DNA from: Eledone cirrhosa
Lineage: Eukaryota
Assembly: GCA_964016885.1 (NCBI GenBank)
Contig: OZ024740.1
Span: forward strand, 298,344,001 to 298,408,000
Reading direction: 5' to 3'
Length of the DNA: 64,000 bases
Below are positions 40,001 to 55,000 of the stretch, piece by piece. The first letter of the stretch is position 1; every line of letters starts with the position of its first letter. The notes beneath the pieces were generated by a model, which was not told where the DNA came from, did not search any database, and saw nothing but the letters and a program-made list of their open reading frames with translations. The translations under genes and the position numbers were made by a program.

Positions 40001-43000
40001 CACTTCCCCTATTATTTGGGACCAAGAGTAATAGAAAATAAGGGAAGAAAAACTTACCTTGCGAAGGATATTAAGTATCAATGAGGGAAATTGGTTATTG
40101 CTAGTTATTTGATTGTGATATTTCATGATGTTCTTCATATTACAGCCTTCCTATCAAATCAAATAAATAAAAAATATTAATGGCTATTTCGTACCTCCAT
40201 AAAAAATACACTTGCAAGCAGGGAAAAGCAGACGTAAAATGATCATATATTTTACTGTATTACTGGTTTCAGTTATTATACTTCAAGGGTTTATTTAATC
40301 AATCAGTGACTCTAATAGCATAGACTTAACCCTTTAGCATTTATATTACTCTATATTTACTATTGTATTTTTGTGGTAAAGGCTTTATCTCACATATCGA
40401 ATCTATGAGATCTTGATATTATTTATTTTGAGAACAATACCGTAACATCACTATGAGTGGCTAGTTATGGCCAGTTTGAACAGAAAGAGGTGAGAGAAAT
40501 CTGGCCGGATATGGCTAGTTTAAATGCTAAAGAGTTAAACAGACAATGACAGACACACCACCACCACCACCACCACAAAGGGGTTCAGTTGATCTAGCAG
40601 AGTAGCAACTTGTTGGCGTAAGAAACACCACCACAACAATGTTGGTAACTGGTTCATTGTTCAACTTCACTGTTAAGTTGACCTGTCTTAAATACATGAA
40701 GGCTTTGGAGGTGTAAACTAACAAATGAATGTCAAATAACTGGAATTTAGACACACAAACCATTCACTTCAATACTATAAAATCATCAAATGTAGTTGTG
40801 ACAAGTTAATAGAAAAAGATGAAAGCTAATCATCATTATCCTTTTACAACAGCTTTCCATGCTGGCATGGGTTAGATGGTTTGTCAGGGTCCATATTTGG
40901 CATGGGTTAGATGGCTTGTCAGGGTCCCTATTTGTCATGGGTTAGATGGCTTGCTATAGTTCATATTTAGCATGGGTTAGATGGCTTGTCAGGGTCCATA
41001 TTTGTCATGGGTTAGATGGCTATATGATCTTCCTAAAGCCAACAATCTTACAGAGTATACAGGGTGCGTTTTCTGTGGCACCAGCACTAGAAAGGCTGCT
41101 ACATGTTGATCCAGACTGAAGGGTCTTCTCAGACCTTAAATTGCCAACACATTAGCCTCTTGTCACTACATTTACTTTTTTGTTGTTGCAGTGTTTGTAA
41201 AGGTAGGTGGGTCTTTTGTATTATGGCTTATCAACAGTCAGCTAGGTGGTAAAAGAAAACAAAAAATATGTGAGTTTACCTCATTAGTTAATTTCAGATT
41301 AGTTGCACAGTTGCTGGAATATTCAACAATAGTAAAGAAGAAATGCAAAGAGTATTGATAGACAAGTTCCAAGCCCCGGTTGAGCTTCAGATAATCCAAC
41401 AATGGTGGTAGTGTTTCACTATACCGTTTTAACACTTCATCGTAGTACTGTTTCATGTAATTATCAACTGACTCTGCGGCTTCACTGTTTCCATCAGTTG
41501 CAGCAATATCAACGGGAGGAGGTGGTGGTGCTGGAATTAAAAAACAAAGTATCTCATCAACATTAAGAATACTTAACCCTTTCATTAACATATTTCTAAT
41601 AAAAGACACTGCCTATGATTTTTAAATAATTTTGAAAATAACCAAGTATTTGGAGGCTTCTAATAATATAACTTTCTTATTATTAAGTATGTGTTTAGAG
41701 CATAATTTAACAAAGTTTCTTGCATAAATTATAATGGAGGGTTTAAGATAAATGCATCCAGCCCACACCGTAAAGTGGTCATGTAGGTGACATGATAAAT
41801 GCATCCAGCCCACACCGTAAAGTGGTCATGTAGATGACATGATAAAAGCACCCAGCCTACACTGTAAAGTGGTTGTGGAGGTGACATGAAAAAAAACCAC
41901 TCAGCTTACACTGTAAAGTGGTCATTTAGGTGTCACGACAAAACACTCAGCTGAAACTAAAGTGGTTGCGTAGGTTTCATGACAAGAAGCATCCAGCACA
42001 CACTGTAAATGTGGTTGGTGTTAGGAAGGGCATCGAACCGTAGAAACCAAGTCAAAATCAGTTCTGTATGAGCAAGACACAGTCATATGACCTGGCTTGT
42101 CTCACAATGAGACAGCTTGTCTAACCCATGCTAGCATAGAAAAATGGATGTTAAACACTTTAAGATAAACAGTTTTTTATTGTAAAACTAGAAGTGGTTT
42201 CAGTCAGTTCAGTATCGAAAGGGTTAACACATCTCAAAATTTTAGGTATAACATTCCATCATAATGTATTTACAAATAAATAACAAAACTAGTTAAAAGA
42301 TGGTAGTCTGGTATGAGAAATCTAACATATAACATGAACGACATATTACCCGGATTGTCCTAAATGAATTAACATCACTACAGATTGATCTAGATAACTT
42401 TAATATAGTACTTTCAGATGACAAAACTTCTTACATAACAGAATTTATTCCTCCACAAACATTTAAAAAAAATTATGTTTTTAATTGAGTTGATCAAAAA
42501 GAGACCGATGTACTCTCAGGTCCCAAATAATAGGGTGGGTATGTGTGGGTGGAATAAGACGGAGGGTTTGGAAGATCGGTAATTTTTCTAGGTTGTTTCC
42601 ATTGATTGTTTTTAAAAACCAGAATTAGTCATTTAGTTTACATATTGAGTCCCCAACCCATACTATTTATTTTATAACATAACCCATTCTAGTGTGGAAG
42701 ATAGACGTTAAACGATGATGATGATTTCTTGTAATGTACTTATTTTTTCTCATGTATAATGGTTTTAAATGTATAAAGAAAATGAATTGTCACAAGAATG
42801 CTACAACTTAAAATAAAACATCACTGGAGATCATCATCATCATCATTTAACGTCCATCTTCCACGTTAGCATGGGTTAGACGGGAGTTGTCCCTCTTGAG
42901 GCAAGGTTGGTTGGGTGACCGTGTCTCGCTCATATAGGACTATCTGGCAGGTTTTCTACAGTTGGATGCCCTTCCTAACACCCACATTTACAGTGTGGAA

Positions 43001-46000
43001 CTGGGAACTTTTTACCGTGTTACCTACATGGCCACATTACAGCGTGGACTGTGTGTTTTTTTTGTCGTGACACCTACACGATCTCGATCTCATTTATTTG
43101 GACTGGATGTTGTGGTACCAACTTTACAGAGAGAGGGTGGTGTTCGCGGGAGTGGGCGGATAGGGTAGGGTAGCGGATTGGGGTATATATTTGGTTAAGA
43201 AGTGCCTACTGACTGTAGGTTTCGTTTTGTACATAGGCAAGGCGGATCTTCTGTATTACTGCGTAGCGCCAACGATCTCGGTTCAGTGACATTATCTTAG
43301 AGAGGTGCAAGTGTGTAAGGTCGGAATTTATCAGATCGTCCCAGATTTTTCTGGGTCTACCTACACCGTAACTACCATTAATTTTGATCGCCCTGCACTT
43401 TTTATACAGCTGTCGTCTTTCATGCACATCACGTGGCCATACCAACGTAGTCTTCTCTCAAGTAAACAGCATCTAATCCCTCTTATTTCTAATTTCTCAC
43501 TTAGTTCATTTATGCTTTGCTGTTCACGTATATTACTATTACACATCCAACGGAGCATGCATGCTGCGTTCCTTTCCAGTCTGCGCAAGTCCTGTGCACG
43601 TAATGCCCATGTCTCACTGCCATGTCGCATTGCTGTTCGTATACAGGCATCATACAATCTGCCTTTCATTTTTAGAGAGAAACCTTTTGTGGCCAACAGC
43701 AATATAAGCTCTCTGAACTTTTTCCATCCAGTTCTGACTCTGGCTACTGAACACCCTCCACCACTGTTGATTTCGTCACCTAGGTAACGGAAAGTGTCCA
43801 CTATTTCTATAGAACCATCTGGGCAATAGAAGGAGCTAGTATCCTGTGGACACCTGCTACTTATTGCACCTGAGCATTGGCCACATATAAAGTCTACATT
43901 CTTAGATAGTTTACCTGTGATCCCACTACATCTTTTATGTACCCATACTTTGCATTTGGGACATAAAATGGAGTTTCTACCTACTCCTTTCCTACACACT
44001 GAGCATGGCCATTTCCCTGAGGGCACCTGTGCCCTATTTCCCTTTCTACAAACTAGAACTTTAGCCTTAGACAAGTTAACTTTAAGGCCTTTTGATTCTA
44101 GGCCATGCTTCCATGTTTGGAATTTCTTCTCTAGTTCAGCCATTGATTCAGCTATGAGCGTTAGATCATCTGCGTATAGGAGTCCCATGGGCAGCCGGTC
44201 TTGAAATCTAGCAAAATTTAATAAGAAGATGGATGACGACGATGATTATTCAAGACTTGAGAGTATATGAACAGCCATACTGTTGACATTATTATATTTA
44301 TAAACTTTAAATCTTGATGCAGAAGAAAGAATAGTAATAGAATTGTATATGGAGTAGTTGACTCTGAATGTATCTAGAAACCTCACACTTCATACCTAAA
44401 TATTGGAAAATATTTACTGAACTATTGCAAAAACTTCACACAACATACCTGAATATTGGGAAGTACAAACTAAGCATCTGCAAAAACTTCATACATTACA
44501 CCTAAATATTTGAAAATATTTACTGAACTTCTGAAAAAACTTCACACAAAACACCTGAATATTGGGAAATACTTACCGAACTTCTGCAAAAGTGGATCAA
44601 GCTGAATACTACTTGCAATCAAAGGAATAAGGGCAGATGATTCAATGATAAAACAATCTTCTTTAAACTGAGAAGTTAAGCTCCATTTCTTATCCACATT
44701 GGACTTGTCTTGGTTTTCACCACTATTATTCAGTGCCTAAAGCAATTATTTTGCCAATTATAAAAAAAAAACTGTTGTAGAGAAGAGAATTAAGATCAAC
44801 AAGTTCTTGTTAGTGTTAAAAAGACTGAACCCCTTGGCAACTGAGTGTCTTGGTCATGAACAGCCATGGACATAGTTATGGTAACAGGTTACTAACTGTG
44901 ATTTCTCTGTTTGGTCATCCTATCATAGTTTTCACTTAGCCATTCAGCTTTGCCATTTATTAATCATAGTAACATTATGGTCAAATCAGTTCAACATCAG
45001 CCAATACAACAAACAGTTTTTTTTAAGATGAAATCTTATTTTGAACTGTTGGTCATCACTTTCTCCAACCTCACAGACATTTTAGAAGCAATGAGGGAAA
45101 CTATGTGGTTGATTAAGCTGCAAGAAAAAGCTGCTAAATTTTCCTTGTCCCCTACTGTATTAAATAAGGAAAAGGCATTAGATAATGTTGTCATACAAAG
45201 TTAGGATGGTCATGACAGCAATGTCTTTGATCACAGGTTTGTTCAATCAAAGGTAATCTCGATCTCAACAAGAACAACAATATTATCCCAATCAACTAAT
45301 GAACAAGACTGCAGGTTTTCACAGAATAAAATGAATCAATAGTTTTCAAATAACTCACGTATGCTAGAGACATGTGTTCAGCCATATCGGTTTGTTGTAT
45401 TGCGGCTGCAGCAAGTCGAGTATTCTTTGCTACTTGGAGAAATTTGATTAGAGATGCTGAAATATATAACAACAAACTAGAAATGAATAAAGAGAAAAAA
45501 AAAAAAAAATTTTTTTTTATCCAATCTCCTTGTTTTCTGTGTTTTAGTAAAACCCAACTGAGGCAATGAAGTGGCCTCTATGTAGCCATTCAACCTGCTA
45601 GAAATAGCAAGCAAATTTTCCTCAAATCTCACCGTACTGACTCGACCCTTTCATTAACATATTTCCAATAAAAGAAACAATTTTCAAATAATTTTGAAAA
45701 TAATCAAAAATTTGGAAGGAATTAGTAATATAACTAACTTACTCATTATTAAGTTATTGTTTGAAAACTGTGGTGGAAGGTTACAGTTAGAACAGGATGG
45801 GAAAAAGTTCAGAGAGCTACTATCACTGCTAGCTAAAAAAGATTTTTCCCTCAAAATAAAAGGTAGATTGTATGAAGCTTGTGTACAAAGATCAATGCAG
45901 CATGGAAGTGAGACCTGGGCAATATGTGCAGAGGGTCTACGAAGACTAGAAAGAAACAAAGCCCACATGCTCTGATGAATGTGTAATATGAAAAAGCATC

Positions 46001-49000
46001 AGAGAACTGAAAGAGAAACTAGGCATAAGAGGGGTTAGATGCTGTGTACATGTGATGCATATGGAGGATCACAGGTATACAGTAAAACTCCATTGTAACA
46101 AAATTCATGAGGTATAAAAAAAATTTGTTGTAATGAAAAACTCTTTATAACAAGATCGACCAAAACACATCAAATGTGTGGCCAGGGATTGAAGATAATT
46201 TTGTTATACTGAAAAATTTGTTATAATGGTATTCTTTATAATGGAATTTTACCTGTATAAAGAGGTGCAGGACACTCAAAGTTGATGGTAACTATGGAAG
46301 AGGGAGACCTAGGAAAACTTGGGATGAAGAGATAAAAGCTGACCTAGCCCAATTAAACTTCACAAAAGAAATGACACAGGACTGAGACTTCTGATGCCAT
46401 GCTGTATTGTACAAGACCGTTCTCCACCATGTGCACAAAGTGAAACAAACAAACATGTAAGGGATACACTAACCTGCAGCAATCCTTTGCACCCTGCCTG
46501 AATACCCTGATTACACTTAAATATTCGATGCACCTAATTGGTGTTAAACTCATTCACAGCTGTAGAAACCAAGCCAAAATACAGATCCATATGACTAAGA
46601 CACGGTTTCTGGACCTCACTTGTCTCAATGTGACAACTCATGTAACCCATGCAAACATGGGAAATGGACGTTAAACGATGATGATGATAAATATTAACAT
46701 AAACAGTTCAGTATCATAGAATCAGACTGTTTCAGGCAGCTTGGTATCAAAAGGGTTAAACAAGAAAATACACAGTGGAGATAAATTTTGGATATAAAAA
46801 GGTAGGATGGGTTACAATTTTAGGACATTTTTTTGTTTTGCTATTAAGGTTTTGATTCCCTGTTATATTTTCTGTATTTATGTTTTATATGGCTTTTTAT
46901 TTTATTTAAAAAAATTCATTATTTCTTATTGGTACTTGTATCGTCCTAATCTCTAGTCTAGAGTGGTATGGGTGATTTTTGTCATGGAACCAGTATGGCC
47001 AACTTCCAGAGTGGTCTTGATGCTTATATACTCATTACAACAATTTGTAAGCAAATAATCAAATTTGTCAATGGAATACAAATTCAATAAAACAATATGA
47101 TGAAGTCTAACTATAAATATAGAAAAACAAAAACAATGTATTGTTATATTAAAGCAGAAATACTATGAATAATCCAATGTGGAAAATAGATGTTAAACGA
47201 TGATGATGAATAAAACACAGTAAACAAATATGGGAATGACCACTTACTTGGATAGCATGAAGTCAGAGCTAAGCTGATTAGTCTGTATACCATGGCAGGT
47301 AAGTTGTAATCATCATTCATATTTTCCTCCTCACTTTCCTCTTTGTCAGTTTCAGTGTCAGCTATATTTTCCAACAAGTATGTACTCAAACAATAAAGAG
47401 TTTCAGCTGTTTTAGGACAAACTTCACATTGTAGAAGTTTCCTGCAAATTAAATTGACTTGACTCATAAGAAATTCCTAGAATCATTACACTTTGCATAC
47501 TATATATATGTAAATAAGAATGGTTTTGAGGAATATTGGTTTCTAATTTAGCAAACTTAGGGGAAGGGCAAAGTTGATTAAATCAAACCCAGTACTTGAC
47601 TGTACTTTATTTTATCAACCCCGGAAAAATGAAAGGCAGAGTTGATCTTGGTGAGATTTGAACTCAGAATGTACAAAGCCAGAACAAATGCTGCAATGGT
47701 ATTTTATTTGATGCTCTATCAATTCTGTCAATCCACCAGTCTATTTGATGAATATTAAATAAGAACAAATGATGGGTTTTTTACTTACTTTTCTTTTTTA
47801 ATATTTTAATTATATAAAGAATGATTCTCAACTGGAACCTCCCAATATTTGAAGTTGACATGGGAGTTACCATAAAAATGTCTAATGAACATATGTAAAG
47901 TAAATGGATCTTAATTGGTTTTAATGATGAGCATTGAGTGTTTTGATCAACTAAACTCCCTGCTCATTGAATTAGAGAGGCAGACCACAATAGTTATAAT
48001 AGTATGTAGGTAATTCCGCATCAACGTAGACAAGGTCTGACACAAATGTCATTGTAATTTGATGAAATTTAGTCAATGTTTTGACTTAGTAAAGATATAT
48101 GAAAAATTTTTTTTTTTAAATTTGAGCATGTGGCTATGTTTCGTTCTCGAAATATCACATTTCAAAATTTCACCAGAAACCAGCAATTCCAGCTAACATG
48201 GATATCTCAACTCTCCATTTCTCAAGTTCTTCATATTGAATCATTGAAATTTGGTACCCAATACAATCTTTGTGTGAGGAATTCAAAAATATCATAGGAA
48301 TAATTCATAAGACAAAAAATTCAAAATTTTGAGAACTGATTGACTGGTTTTGAAATTTCTCTTGATGTTCTAGTTTAATTCGGGTCAATTGTATACTGAA
48401 TAAAACATACTTATACTTTAATCCATGCCAAACTTACTTGCATAGTTGAAGGAAAACCTTGTTATTTTTACATATAAATGCCTTCATGGTCATTTGGGAA
48501 AGGAAGTCTATTTGAGGAATTTTCAAGATATCAGACAGTCTAGAAAAAAGAGAAAAGTAAAAATAAAATTAATACAAATAATAATTTAAAGTAATCTTGG
48601 GTCCCAAATAGGGAGGGGGTGGAGTTGGGGATGGAAAAGCGGAAACTTTTTTTAGGTTGACCCCGTTGGGTTTTTTAATGTATGGGATTTCTAGTAATGT
48701 AATTTTTTTTGTCATGTATAATGTTATTTTAATGTCTAAAGAAAATTAATTATCACAGGAATGCTATCACTTAAAATAAAATTAATATGCGGGGAGTGGA
48801 CAACACTGATTATTTGAGACCCGAGAGTATACTACAAAGAACCAATTGGAAGTAGAAAAAAAAAAACAATAACCAAACACAGTTACCTGTATAACTTGCA
48901 CTGCATATCAGGCTGAAAATAAAACAAACTAAAATATTAATACTAATAAATTTAGAGAAGGTTGTAGTAAAAATAGATAAACAAGGATAGCATCAGAATG

Positions 49001-52000
49001 GAGTGGAGGTGAAGTAAAAGAAACGAGGAGGAGGAACATGTTTAGCCCTAGGTCGACACAGATCCAACAGATCTATCATAAAAGTGTTTCAGCAATGGTC
49101 AATCCAATGCAGTGTTTTGTTGAAGACCTGTCTTTATACTGTCCCCTTACCCAAATACTTGATGTAATAGTTCTTTTTTCTCCTCCTCTTCTCATCAACT
49201 CAGTTTACCTGACCCTATGCTAAATACATTGCTCAATCATTCTTCCACTGAATAACATGTCACTACAAGTTTGGTCAGCCATGTTAACCAGCAATAACGC
49301 AAACTGAACATTAATTGAACAAGAGAGGATAAACTGAATCTATAGAAGTACAGAAAAGAGTTATCTGTCTATTAGCCTCATCTTTTGTATTTTATTTACA
49401 ATATTTCAGTTATTATATTTCCTGACCTGTTCTAAGACTTAAACATACACCAAGCACTCATTTCTCTAAAACTGAAAAAAAAAGACCAAGAAGTATCCCT
49501 TGCTCTCAAATTAAAGAATATCTGCCTCCTCCTCCCCAAGCAAAGACATTAAATAAAACACTTACTTCCAATTTAAATTCTGGTGCAACTGTGTTGATGT
49601 AATCCCACAAGATTTTCTCCCTGAAATCAGGCTTTTGAAACTTGTGAAATGTAGGATACAAGTGAAATTCAACCTGAATATAACAAATAGTAGAAAAAAA
49701 ATCATTTGAATACATCTTGTAAAATTAAAGATCAGCAGATATCATGTAGACAACATGCTATAAAACACTAGCCACTTTCGGGTCTCGAATAATCATAACC
49801 CCACAACTCATTAACTTTTCACTGTCTTTTTTTGCTCTTGATAATAAGATTGTTTTAATTGGATTAAATTTGTTTTTCATGAAATGTTTTGAATTAATTT
49901 ATCCATGTAGTCTAGTGGTAAGGGTGTTGGACTTACAATCATAATGTAATGGGTTCAATTCCTGGGCTGGGTTGAGTGCTGTTTTCTTGAGCCAAATACT
50001 TCATTCCACGTTACTCCAGTATACTTAGCTGAAAATGAGTACCAGCAATAGCTGGGGGTTTAACCCAGCAATGGACTGGCGTCCTGTCCAAAGGAAAGTC
50101 TTGTACTTTCAGTTGCTTCCTGCCATGGGAGAAGCACCAACCTGATGAGCCTCTTGGCTTGAGGCAGACTTCTTAGTTGTTAGATATTATCATAGGTTGA
50201 GTGGTTTATTGTTATTGCTCTGTGCAAGTGTTTAACAACTAGTGCTCTAGATAGCTGAGCATTACTCTATTGTGAGCTTTCTATACAATGAGCAACTCTT
50301 CAGGGCTGACATTCTCTAATTTGGAGAGGATAACTCCCTTTTGAAGGTGTTGCAGTTCGGCTAATTTTAAAGATATGGTGTGATAATAAAAAAAAAAAAA
50401 AGATCAGAGATTGTGATTAGAGTCCTGGCAATAAGCTTAAAAATGAATGTACAAGTGATTGCAGACACCAGTTCCTCCATTAAAAAATATGATCACAAGA
50501 ACGAGTGGGAGCAGACATCTGTGGGGGTCTTGAGATGCCGCTGTAGTAGATCCCTCGACTCCACAGGTCTATGTGGTTTGTCCTGCCACCCGAATGCTGG
50601 TCGTTTTGCCTTGAGTTAAACCTGATCATCAAACAGGCCCTGGATCGGGTAAATATCCAGTTCTGGAGCTGGTTGATTTATCAAGAAGTGATGGGAAGAG
50701 ACCAGACAGCCTTACCCTTTGTCCTTGGGTAAGAGGTAGGTGTCTCATCTGGGACGTCACAGTCAATGACTCTTTTGTATCTTCTCACATCACGGATACT
50801 GTGGTAAATGTGTGGGTCACTGCTTCCGTTGCCGAACAGAATAAAACTTGGATTTATCTAATAATTATTTTTTCCAGCCTGTGGCGTTAGATATGTTTGG
50901 TGAAGTTGGGCTGCTGACAGCGAAGTTCTTACCATTACTGGCGGCTCACATTATGGAGGAGTCAAATGATGCTTGTTGGGTGCCTGGTTATTTCAGCACC
51001 TTTACCTTGCCATCACCTGTAGTAATGTTGTGAGCGTATTGGCTTGCCTCAAAGTGTTTAGTTAACCCCTAAAATGTGAGGTGTGGCTGATTATCACACT
51101 TGGTGGTGAATTGCCTCCCCCTTTTTTCCTTTATCATTATTGTTCAATGAGTTATATAAATGTTATTTTCAGAATAAAGTTCTATAAATTAATAATAAAA
51201 AAAAAGGTTTAACATAAAGATCTTACTTGTAGGGATTGTAAAAGTTCCAAATCCTTTTTAAGTTCATCAAGTTCATTAGTTTCTAAGAAATCTGAAATAT
51301 AAATGAGAAAACAGATTTTATCATGGCATATAAAGGAAGTAATTATTGGTGGCCCTCTGTTATGATACATGGGACATATAGGTGTGAACTGTGGTAGTCC
51401 ACTCTGCTATTAGCTGGCAACTAATCGTAGAACATCCTTTAACCCTTTAGTATTTACATTACTCTATATATATACTATTGTATTTTCATGGTAAAGGCTT
51501 TATCTCACATAATATTGAATCTATGGGATTTTGATATTATTTATTTTGAAAACAATACTTTAACATCAGTATGAGTGGCTAGTTACAACCAGTTTGAACA
51601 GAAAATGGTGAAAGAATTCTGGCCAGATATAACTGGTTTAAATCACGTTCAACAACATAGGACAGATGAGAATACTCACATACCTGTTGTAAGCTGTTTT
51701 AGGAATTCAATTATAGATTTTCCAGTTATAACTGCCAATCTTTTATTTTGATTTGTCTCCTACAAATATAAACACTCAGAATATTAGTTCATGCTGATTG
51801 ACCAAATATTTTAGTGAACATTATTAAAAATAACAGATTTTGGCTGAGGATTTAAATGAATGGGCTGACTAAATCACTGACTTAATACTAGTAAAAGTAA
51901 TATTTAAAAACAAAAATTATTCATCTATTTTATTATGTGTGCAAAGTGCGATTCTGCATGGTAGTGAAACATGGGCAGTGACTGAAGAGGACATGTAGGC

Positions 52001-55000
52001 TGGAGAGAGATGAAGCAACCATGCTTCTTTGGATGTGCAATGTAAATGTGAGAGAAAGGCAGATCTTGGATGAACTGAAGGAGAAACTGGGTTTAAGAGG
52101 AATTCGAAGTGGTGTGCAAGGATGGTGATCGCTGGGTGAAGAAGTGCCAGGAAATCCCAGTGGAAGGAAGCCGTGATAGAGGTAGACCAAGGAAGACCTG
52201 GGCAGAGGTGGTGAAAGCTAATCTCAAGTCGCTGAGACTAACAGAGGAAATGAAGAAGGAATGTGGCAAGTGGACAGGTGCTGTGCTGAGAATGACCTAT
52301 ACAACCCATGCAAGTGTGGAAAAATGGACGTAAAAATGATGATAATGATGTACCAAATGTATTTTTATGTTTATGCTTTTCTCAAGGACATTAGTGGGGA
52401 AATAAATTAGATTCGAACTAAAATTGAAACTGCATTGGCAAAACAATCTTGAAAAGTACAAAACAGTACTATGACAGCTTCAAATATAAAATTGAAGTCT
52501 TTACTCTTTGGCAGCAAAGTATATAAAAGTAATTGGGACACGAGTAACATAAACCAGAACAACCTGCCACCCTCTACACACCATCATAAACTGCGAGCAG
52601 GGTACAAATTGTTGTCCTTAAATGCTCGCAGTTTATGCAACAAGATACATCTGTTCGAATCCTACGTCAGAAGCATCGACCCTGACTTCATCACAGTCAC
52701 GGAAACATGGGCACATTCCTTACTCTGTGATGGGGTTTTCACCATTACTGGGTACAACCTTTTCCGCAAGGACCGCATTAACCGCCGTGGTGGTGGTGTG
52801 ATGGTCTACGTTCGTTCAAACTTTTCGGTAATTCCTTGCGTTGATTTGAACGAATCACAGGAAGAAGTTTTTTTCTGTGACATACGTATGACCATGTCAA
52901 CACTTCTGCTTGGTGTTGTTTATCGACCCCCAAACTACCATCAGGACACACAGCTTTGCGATATCCTCAGAGTTGCTGCCAAGAAAACAGCCACTTATGT
53001 GTTTATTGCAGGTGACTTCAATCATCCTGAGATCGATTGGGAAACCTTTCGTTGGCCACAGGGTGCAAACGATTTCCTTGAACTAGTGCTGGACTCAAAC
53101 TGGTCACAAGTAGTCACCTCTCCAACAAGAGGTGACAACACTTTGGACCTGATCTTCACCACTACTCCTGAAGTGGTTATCAGTTGTACTACTGAGGAAC
53201 CTCTAGGCGACTCTGATCATGCTATGATCATTGCCAATCTGGCACTTGAGGGCAGCAACAAAAACCAGGGCCATCTCCAATCTGCTTGCTTTGATTGGAA
53301 GAGGGCGGATTGGAACTTGTACTGCACTGAGCTACAGCGCCCAAACTGGCATGAGATGTATAACTCTGGAGATGTGAACTCTATACTCCAGAGCATCCTG
53401 GACTCAATATGGATAGCGTGTGCAGCATCAGTGCCACGGAAGCGGAAAAATAACCACCCCAAAAGTGCAATCTGGGAAACTTCAGCGGTCCGACTTGCCA
53501 GGAAAGAACGTCGGAACGCTGAACGGGAATATAAACTGCATAGATCAGATGCCAACAGAAAAAAGCGGAATAAATCTTCTAACCATCTCAAGCAAGTGAC
53601 AAAGAAGGCAGTGCTTGAATTTGAACAGTGCATCGCAACCAATCCTGACAGTAAGGTGTTCTGGAAATATGTTCATTCAAAGCAGAGACCTCACTCTCCA
53701 GTTGGTCCTCTTCGCAATCCCCACACAAGCCAGATCACTGACGATCCCAAGGAATGCGCAGAACTCATTGCTGAGTGCTATGCAAGTATTTTTACTGTTG
53801 AAGACCAGAATGTACCATCTCCACCATCTCTAACATCAAATTCCATAACAACTATGGAATTTACACCTGCAATGTTGCGACGTCACCTTAAGAATAAACG
53901 CAACTATGCCTCCCCTGGTTTTGATGGTGTGACATACCTGCTTCTCAAACGTGGCGGGGATTTCCTTTTGCGCCAGCTTTCTTTTTTCTTTCAATACTGT
54001 CTCAGCAATGGTGCTACTCCGGAGCAGTGGAAAACTGCCAGTGTCATTCCCCTGTTCAAAAAGGGCAACCGCATGTCACCTGTCAACTATCGTCCAGTCA
54101 GTCTTACTAGCTGTATGGCCAAACTGATGGAATCCTGTGTCAGAGAAACACTTTGGAACTTCTGGAGCTCTCACAGCCTCATCTGGCCCTCACAGTTTGG
54201 ATTTATCCCTAACTCCAGCTGCTGTGATCAGCTTATCGAGTTTCTTGAGGACATCACCCGGATCACTGACAGCGGCTCATGGGTGGATGTTGTTTACCTT
54301 GACTTTGCTAAGGCTTTTAATTCTGTGCCACACAAAAGACTTATGGCAAAACTCTCTGCAATGGGTGTGAGGGATGATCTTTTCGACTGGCTGAAATCCT
54401 TCATTCTCAGCCGAAAGGAAGTAGTCACGGTTCTAGGACAGCATTCTTCACCATATGAGATGTCATCTGGTGTACCACAGGGATCTGTTCTTGGTCCTCT
54501 TTTGTTTGTGGCATATATTAATGACATAGATGCCAACTTACAGAATGCCACGGTACTAAAATATGCAGATGACATCAAGCTGTACCTTGAAATCAAAAGG
54601 ACTGATCCTGAAATTTACAACTCTTTCCTACAATCAGACCTGGACACAATGCAGCAATGGATCACAGACTGGCAACTGAAGCTGGCTGTGGACAAGTGTA
54701 CCACCATGCATTTTGGAAGGAAAAATCCAGCGTCCACATACTCCCTCCACAACACTGACATCAAAAAGTCCTCTTGTGAACGTGACCTGGGCATTACTGT
54801 CAGCAACGATTTGCGTTGGACAAAGCATGTCTCTAAGATTGTCAAGAAGGCCGAGGGTGTCTTGGCATCACTCAGCAAGACCTTTGTTAGCCGCTCTCCA
54901 GCCATCTATTTAAAACTGTATACAGCTATGGTGCGACCACACTTGGAATTCGCATCATCAGTCTGGAACCCCTATCTTGCTCGGAACATTGACCTCCTGG

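Noticed and set aside
42350-42389. AG...GT bounded 40-nt segment as an extra KNTC1 exon
   Set aside because: Weak acceptor and breaks the frame; the flanking exons already join in phase 1.
44418-44576. 159-nt in-frame exon extension through the 53-bp repeats
   Set aside because: In-frame TGA after [11 protein letters not shown].
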